A stretch of 60,235 bases of DNA, from NCBI GenBank assembly GCA_002783865.1, contig PFJE01000178.1, positions 1-60,235 on the forward strand. The letters run 5' to 3'. Shown one piece after another: positions 56,035 through 60,235 of this stretch. The notes beneath the pieces are model-generated. The model was not told the origin of the DNA. It made no database searches and saw nothing but the letters and a program-made list of their open reading frames with translations. This stretch comes from Sphingomonadales bacterium CG_4_10_14_3_um_filter_58_15. Its GTDB lineage: Bacteria > Pseudomonadota > Alphaproteobacteria > Sphingomonadales > Sphingomonadaceae. Within the stretch, counting starts at the first letter, position 1. Each line of letters opens with the position of its first letter. Both the position numbers and the translations under genes were made by a program.

Positions 56035-56655
56035 ATGCTCGCCCCCATGCTCCCTTCCTTCCTGCTCGTCGTTCTGCTGGTCGAACTGACGCCCGGTCCG
56101 AATATGGGCTGGCTGGCCTTGCTCAGCGCCAGCGAGGGGCGGAGAGCGGGTTTTGCGGCGACGGCGGGAATCGGGCTGGGGCTGGCGGTTATTGCCGCGG
56201 CATCGACGCTGGGTTTGGCGCAATTGGCGCATCAGTCGGCTCTGGTCTTCGATCTGCTGCGCTATGCCGGATCGGCATTTTTGCTGTGGCTGGCTTGGGA
56301 GGCATGGGTCGGCGAGAGGGAAGTTTCGCCGTCGACGGTCTACCGGGACGGCACGCCGGCGAAGCATTTTCGCCGCGGTCTGATCATCAACCTGCTCAAT
56401 CCCAAAGCCGCAGTCTTTTTCATCGTCGTGCTGCCCGGCTATATTGTCGTCAATCAGTCGATCACGATGCAGACCCTACAATTGTCCGCCGCCTATGTCG
56501 CTATTGCCACCTTGATCCATGTGGTCATCGTGCTGTTCGCTAGCCAGGCGCATGGCTGGCTGACGAACAGCCCTTACACCGGACTGGCGCGGAAGAGTTT
56601 CGCGGTGATGCTCGCGCTGATTGCGCTTTGGTTTTTTGTCGGAACGTTCCGGTAA
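56035..56655 (+). CDS. LysE/RhtB family translocator
   Basis: TPGPN, G..FLLWL and F..G...NLLNPKA motifs. Confidence 0.92.
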   Translation: MLAPMLPSFLLVVLLVELTPGPNMGWLALLSASEGRRAGFAATAGIGLGLAVIAAASTLGLAQLAHQSALVFDLLRYAGSAFLLWLAWEAWVGEREVSPSTVYRDGTPAKHFRRGLIINLLNPKAAVFFIVVLPGYIVVNQSITMQTLQLSAAYVAIATLIHVVIVLFASQAHGWLTNSPYTGLARKSFAVMLALIALWFFVGTFR

Positions 56656-56683
56656 GACTTCGGCTGTTGACCGTCGCCCTCGT

Positions 56684-57175
56684 CTATGGCCGGGCCGGTG
56701 CCTTGCATCCCTTTTGCAAGCCAACACCTTTCAGAAAACCGCGCCGGACGGTGCCGGCATAGACCGCTTCATTGTAGCGCCGTCGCTCGGCATTGGCGCC
56801 GGTGACCTCACCGATAATGCCACCGAACGGGATGATCGATCCGATCGCGCCGCCGGCAACGCGGGCTGCGGTTTCCTCGCGTTTCTTGCCCCGGCTCTTG
56901 TCTACGCTTTCGTTGACATCAGGGCCGAGAACTTCATTAAGTTCGCGGACTTCGGCGATGATGGCCGCGCATCTGCTCAGACCGCTGAGAGAATAAGGAG
57001 CGTCCTGGATATCTTTCAGTTTCTGTGGGACCTCCTTGCCGTCAAATGGCTCGGTGACCTTGTTGCCGGCCGATTCCAGCGTTGAGTCCTGTTGTGCGCC
57101 TGTCTGTGCCAGTGCCGCTGTGCTCATCATGCCAGCGAGCGCAAACAGGCCGCTTAATTGCATCATTTTCATCAT
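56684..57175 (-). CDS. Exported hypothetical protein
   Basis: Signal peptide; PY...C......L..VLGPD, IPFGG..GEVTGA, RRGFLKG...C. Confidence 0.7.
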   Translation of the reverse strand: MMKMMQLSGLFALAGMMSTAALAQTGAQQDSTLESAGNKVTEPFDGKEVPQKLKDIQDAPYSLSGLSRCAAIIAEVRELNEVLGPDVNESVDKSRGKKREETAARVAGGAIGSIIPFGGIIGEVTGANAERRRYNEAVYAGTVRRGFLKGVGLQKGCKAPARP

Positions 57176-57197
57176 TTCAATCCCCTGAAAGCGCCGG

Positions 57198-58346
57198 TTA
57201 GCGAAACCTGAGATTATCCCGGTTCAGTTGCTCAACCGCCGTGACGCCCATTAGTTTCATATCGCGTTCAATCTCCGCTTGCAGCAAAGAAAGGATTCGC
57301 TCAACCCCGGGCTGTCCGGCAGCGGCCAGCGCATAAAGATAGAGGCGTCCGCCGGAGCAGGCCTTGGCACCGACACTGAGCGCCTTCAGCACGTGGCTGC
57401 CTCTGGTGATGCCGCCATCGCAGATTACGTCGAGCCTGTCGCCGACCGCATCGCAAATCTCGGCCAGCTGGTCGAAAGGCGCGCGGCTGCCGTCCAGTTG
57501 CCGCCCGCCGTGGTTGGAAACCATGATCGCGGTCGCGCCGATATCGACCGCGCGCTTGGCATCGGCGACCGACATGATCCCTTTCAGACAGAATTCCCCG
57601 CCCCAGTCCCTGGCGATTTCCTCCGCCATTTTCCAGTCAAGGGACTGGTCGAGCATGTTGGTAAAATAGTCGGCGACGGAATTGGGCACGCTGGTGCCTT
57701 CCGAGACATGGTCCTTCAGGTTCGAGAGCTCGAATTTTTCGCGGAACATGTAGTTCAGGCCCCAGGCAGGCTTGGCGGCGTAGCTCCAGAAGCTGGTCGG
57801 GGTGATTCGCGGCGGGCTGGTGAAGCCGGAGCGCAGGCAGCGTTCCCGGTTGCCGCCGACAATCGTGTCGACGGTCAGGGTCAGCGCGTCGAATTTCGCG
57901 GCCTTGCAGCGTTCGATGATCGAGCGGTTGAGTGCCTTGTCTTTGTGCACATAGAGCTGAAACATTTTCGGCGTGCTGATGCTCGCTCCGATTTCCTCAA
58001 TACTCACCGTCGCCAATGAGGAGATGCCGAAGAAGGTGCCGAACTTCTCCGCCGCCCGGGCAACGGCGCGTTCGCCCTGCCAGTGGAACAGGCGCTGCAA
58101 CGCGGTCGGGGAGAGGAAAAGGGGCATCGCCAGCTTCTGGCCCATCACCGTTGTGCTCATATCAATATCCTCCACCCCGGCGAGGACATTGGGAACCAGA
58201 TCGCACCGTTCATAGGCTGCGGTGTTGCGCCGCCGGGTGACTTCGTCGTCTGCGGCGCCGTCGATATAGTCGAAGATCGGAAAGGGCAGCCGCTTTTTGG
58301 CGAGCGCGCGAAAGTCATTCACATTGTGGCAATCCGAGATATTCAT
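57198..58346 (-). CDS. FMN-dependent alpha-hydroxy acid dehydrogenase (L-lactate dehydrogenase-like)
   Basis: DYIDGAA, LKGI, VSNHGGRQLD and DGGI.RG motifs. Confidence 0.93.
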   Translation of the reverse strand: MNISDCHNVNDFRALAKKRLPFPIFDYIDGAADDEVTRRRNTAAYERCDLVPNVLAGVEDIDMSTTVMGQKLAMPLFLSPTALQRLFHWQGERAVARAAEKFGTFFGISSLATVSIEEIGASISTPKMFQLYVHKDKALNRSIIERCKAAKFDALTLTVDTIVGGNRERCLRSGFTSPPRITPTSFWSYAAKPAWGLNYMFREKFELSNLKDHVSEGTSVPNSVADYFTNMLDQSLDWKMAEEIARDWGGEFCLKGIMSVADAKRAVDIGATAIMVSNHGGRQLDGSRAPFDQLAEICDAVGDRLDVICDGGITRGSHVLKALSVGAKACSGGRLYLYALAAAGQPGVERILSLLQAEIERDMKLMGVTAVEQLNRDNLRFR

Positions 58347-58471
58347 AACAGCCTTTCGATTCGGCGCACATGCGCCTCGACTCGTCTTAGGGAATGGAGC
58401 TATCCAGCGGATGGTTTAGACGATCAGGCGAGTCCCGCAACCGACTTTGCTGCACCAGAAGAGGGAATATC

Positions 58472-59905
58472 ATGTCAGATTTGCCGGAAGATCAAGCCAG
58501 CCCGTCGCCCACTGCCGCCAAGGCCGAACGGTCGCCCGGCGGGAAATTTCTGATCGTGCTGCTGATGGGTTTTTTGCTGACGATCCCTTTGTTCGTGACC
58601 TGGCTGCTGGTCTATGATCGTCAGGACCAGAGCCAGACGGCGCAAATGAGCATTGTGTCGGGCTGGGGCGGCGAGCAGGTGTTCGCCGGACCCAAGCTGG
58701 TCTTGCCTTATTCTGCGGCGGTCGAAGAGACGGTTGAACAGAATGGCAAGCGGGTCACCCGCACCAATATTGTGAGGCGGGAGCTCTATCTGGCACCGGA
58801 GCGGGTGAAGCTCGACAGCGAGTTGAAATCGCACATCAAGAAACGGTCGATTTACGAGGTTGTCGTCTACGATTCGAGCATTGCCGGTTCAGCGAAATTT
58901 AAACTGCCCGACGATTTTGAACGTAATGATATTGCTTTGACCGACATTGATTTTGCGCGCGCCGAATTGCGGTTCGGATTGTCCGATGCGCGCGGTCTGG
59001 CGGGCGACAACAGGGTGAGAATCGATGGCGAATCCCTGACATTGAAGCCGGGCAAGGGCCTTGGCGAAACCGGCAATAGCGGCTTTTTCGCCTGGGTCGA
59101 TGCGTCCAAGCTGGTCGGTGGCGAGATCAATGCGGATTTCACCATTCGCTTCAAGGGCAACCAGAGCGTGACCATCGCCCCGCATGCCGGGCAAACCGAG
59201 TGGACCGTGAAATCGAAATGGCCGCACCCGAGCTTCACCGGCAGTTTCCTGCCGGAGACCGATGCGACGACGGTGACCGACCAGGGTTTTGAAGCCAAAT
59301 ATATCATCACCAATCTGGCGCTGGGTAAGGCTCTGGTCTCGACCGAAGCGGAACAGCCGGTTGCGCCGGGCGTCTCCGGGCAGGCCGCTTATTATAATCC
59401 CGCTGACCGTGGGGTCTCTGCCAGCGCGACCGTCGCGCTGATCCAGCCGGTCGATATTTACGGACAGGTCGACCGGGCCGCCAAATACGGCTTTCTGATT
59501 ATCGGCTTCACCTTTGTCGCATTTCTGCTGTTCGATCTGATCGGCGGCGCGCGCATTTCGTCGGTGCAATATATATTGATCGGAGCGGCGCTGGTGCTGT
59601 TCTTCGTCCTGTTGCTGGCCTTTGCCGAGATCATCGGATTTACGCTGGCCTTCCTCACTGCCTCGGCAGCGACGATCGGACTGATCACGGCCTATTCGGC
59701 TTCGGTGCTGTCGAGCTGGCGAAAGGCTGCGATTATCGGTGGCTTGCTCGCCGGGCTCTATGGCGCAATCTATATTCTGCTCAGTCTGGAAGCCTATGCG
59801 CTGCTGATCGGGTCGTTGCTGATCTTTGTCGCGCTGGCCGGGGTGATGTTTGTGACTCGGCGGCTCGACTGGTCGAGCACGCTGAAACGCAGCCCCACGG
59901 GTTAA
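58472..59905 (+). CDS. creD: Cell envelope integrity inner membrane protein CreD
   Basis: R.IY...VY, WPHPSF.G.FLP, RAAKYG.L and QY.LIG.AL..FF.LLLA.AE motifs. Confidence 0.92.
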   Translation: MSDLPEDQASPSPTAAKAERSPGGKFLIVLLMGFLLTIPLFVTWLLVYDRQDQSQTAQMSIVSGWGGEQVFAGPKLVLPYSAAVEETVEQNGKRVTRTNIVRRELYLAPERVKLDSELKSHIKKRSIYEVVVYDSSIAGSAKFKLPDDFERNDIALTDIDFARAELRFGLSDARGLAGDNRVRIDGESLTLKPGKGLGETGNSGFFAWVDASKLVGGEINADFTIRFKGNQSVTIAPHAGQTEWTVKSKWPHPSFTGSFLPETDATTVTDQGFEAKYIITNLALGKALVSTEAEQPVAPGVSGQAAYYNPADRGVSASATVALIQPVDIYGQVDRAAKYGFLIIGFTFVAFLLFDLIGGARISSVQYILIGAALVLFFVLLLAFAEIIGFTLAFLTASAATIGLITAYSASVLSSWRKAAIIGGLLAGLYGAIYILLSLEAYALLIGSLLIFVALAGVMFVTRRLDWSSTLKRSPTG

Positions 59906-59910
59906 GCTGA

Positions 59911-59938
59911 CGTTACCCCTGCCTCAGCGGAGGTAACG
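59911..59938. terminator. Hairpin between convergent genes (possible terminator)
   Basis: CGTTACC...GGTAACG stem; no clear U tract. Confidence 0.35.
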
Positions 59939-59947
59939 CGCTTCGCT

Positions 59948-60235
59948 TCAGACTGCGCCTCTGGCGAACGTATCGCAGGACGCAGGATCACCGGTCTGCA
60001 AACCCTTGCGCAGCCAGGCCATGCGCTGTTCGGAACTGCCGTGGGTGAACATGCTCTCGACCGGACGCTGGCCGGCACCGCGCATCAGCGTGTCATCGCC
60101 AATCGCGTGGGCGGCGTTGAGGCCTTCCTCGACATCGCCGGGTTCCATGCGGTCGGCATTTTGCGCCGCCCAGACCCCCGCGTAGCAATCCGCCTGCAAC
60201 TCCATCCGCACCTGCAGCGCATTGCCTTCGGCCTT
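59948..60235 (-). CDS. Neutral zinc metallopeptidase (YpfJ-like), 3' part
   Basis: ELQADCYAG.W, IGDD, FTHGSS.QR..W...G and CDTF motifs; 5' end lies outside the window. Confidence 0.9.
   Translation of the reverse strand, partial: KAEGNALQVRMELQADCYAGVWAAQNADRMEPGDVEEGLNAAHAIGDDTLMRGAGQRPVESMFTHGSSEQRMAWLRKGLQTGDPASCDTFARGAV

Overview
Alphaproteobacterial chromosomal DNA, probably Sphingomonadales (inferred from gene order and protein style). About 55 CDSs, mostly housekeeping: dnaN, rlmN, argG, rimP-nusA-DUF448-infB-rbfA-tdk-GNAT-truB-rpsO-pnp, bamD-recN-ligA, phhA, prmA, sdhCDA and creD. There is also a complete ATP-grasp / alpha-E / transglutaminase / Anbu operon. The window opens with the right end of an IS3-family element that interrupts an alpha-carbonic anhydrase gene. 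No rRNA, tRNA or CRISPR array was seen. The most striking layer is non-coding: at least six families of short palindromic REP-like repeats. Two families bracket small stand-alone nuclease genes. A GIY-YIG gene abuts a 4 x 126-bp BIME-like array, and a DUF559 gene sits in a 733-bp cassette with 65-bp terminal inverted repeats. Other copies are dispersed just behind stop codons, pile up in a roughly 700-bp hotspot after ligA, or are inserted in frame inside truB and ligA. The layout resembles REP/RAYT systems but with GIY-YIG or DUF559 nucleases in place of a tyrosine transposase. That role is inferred from layout only. Product calls come from recognised motifs, not database searches.
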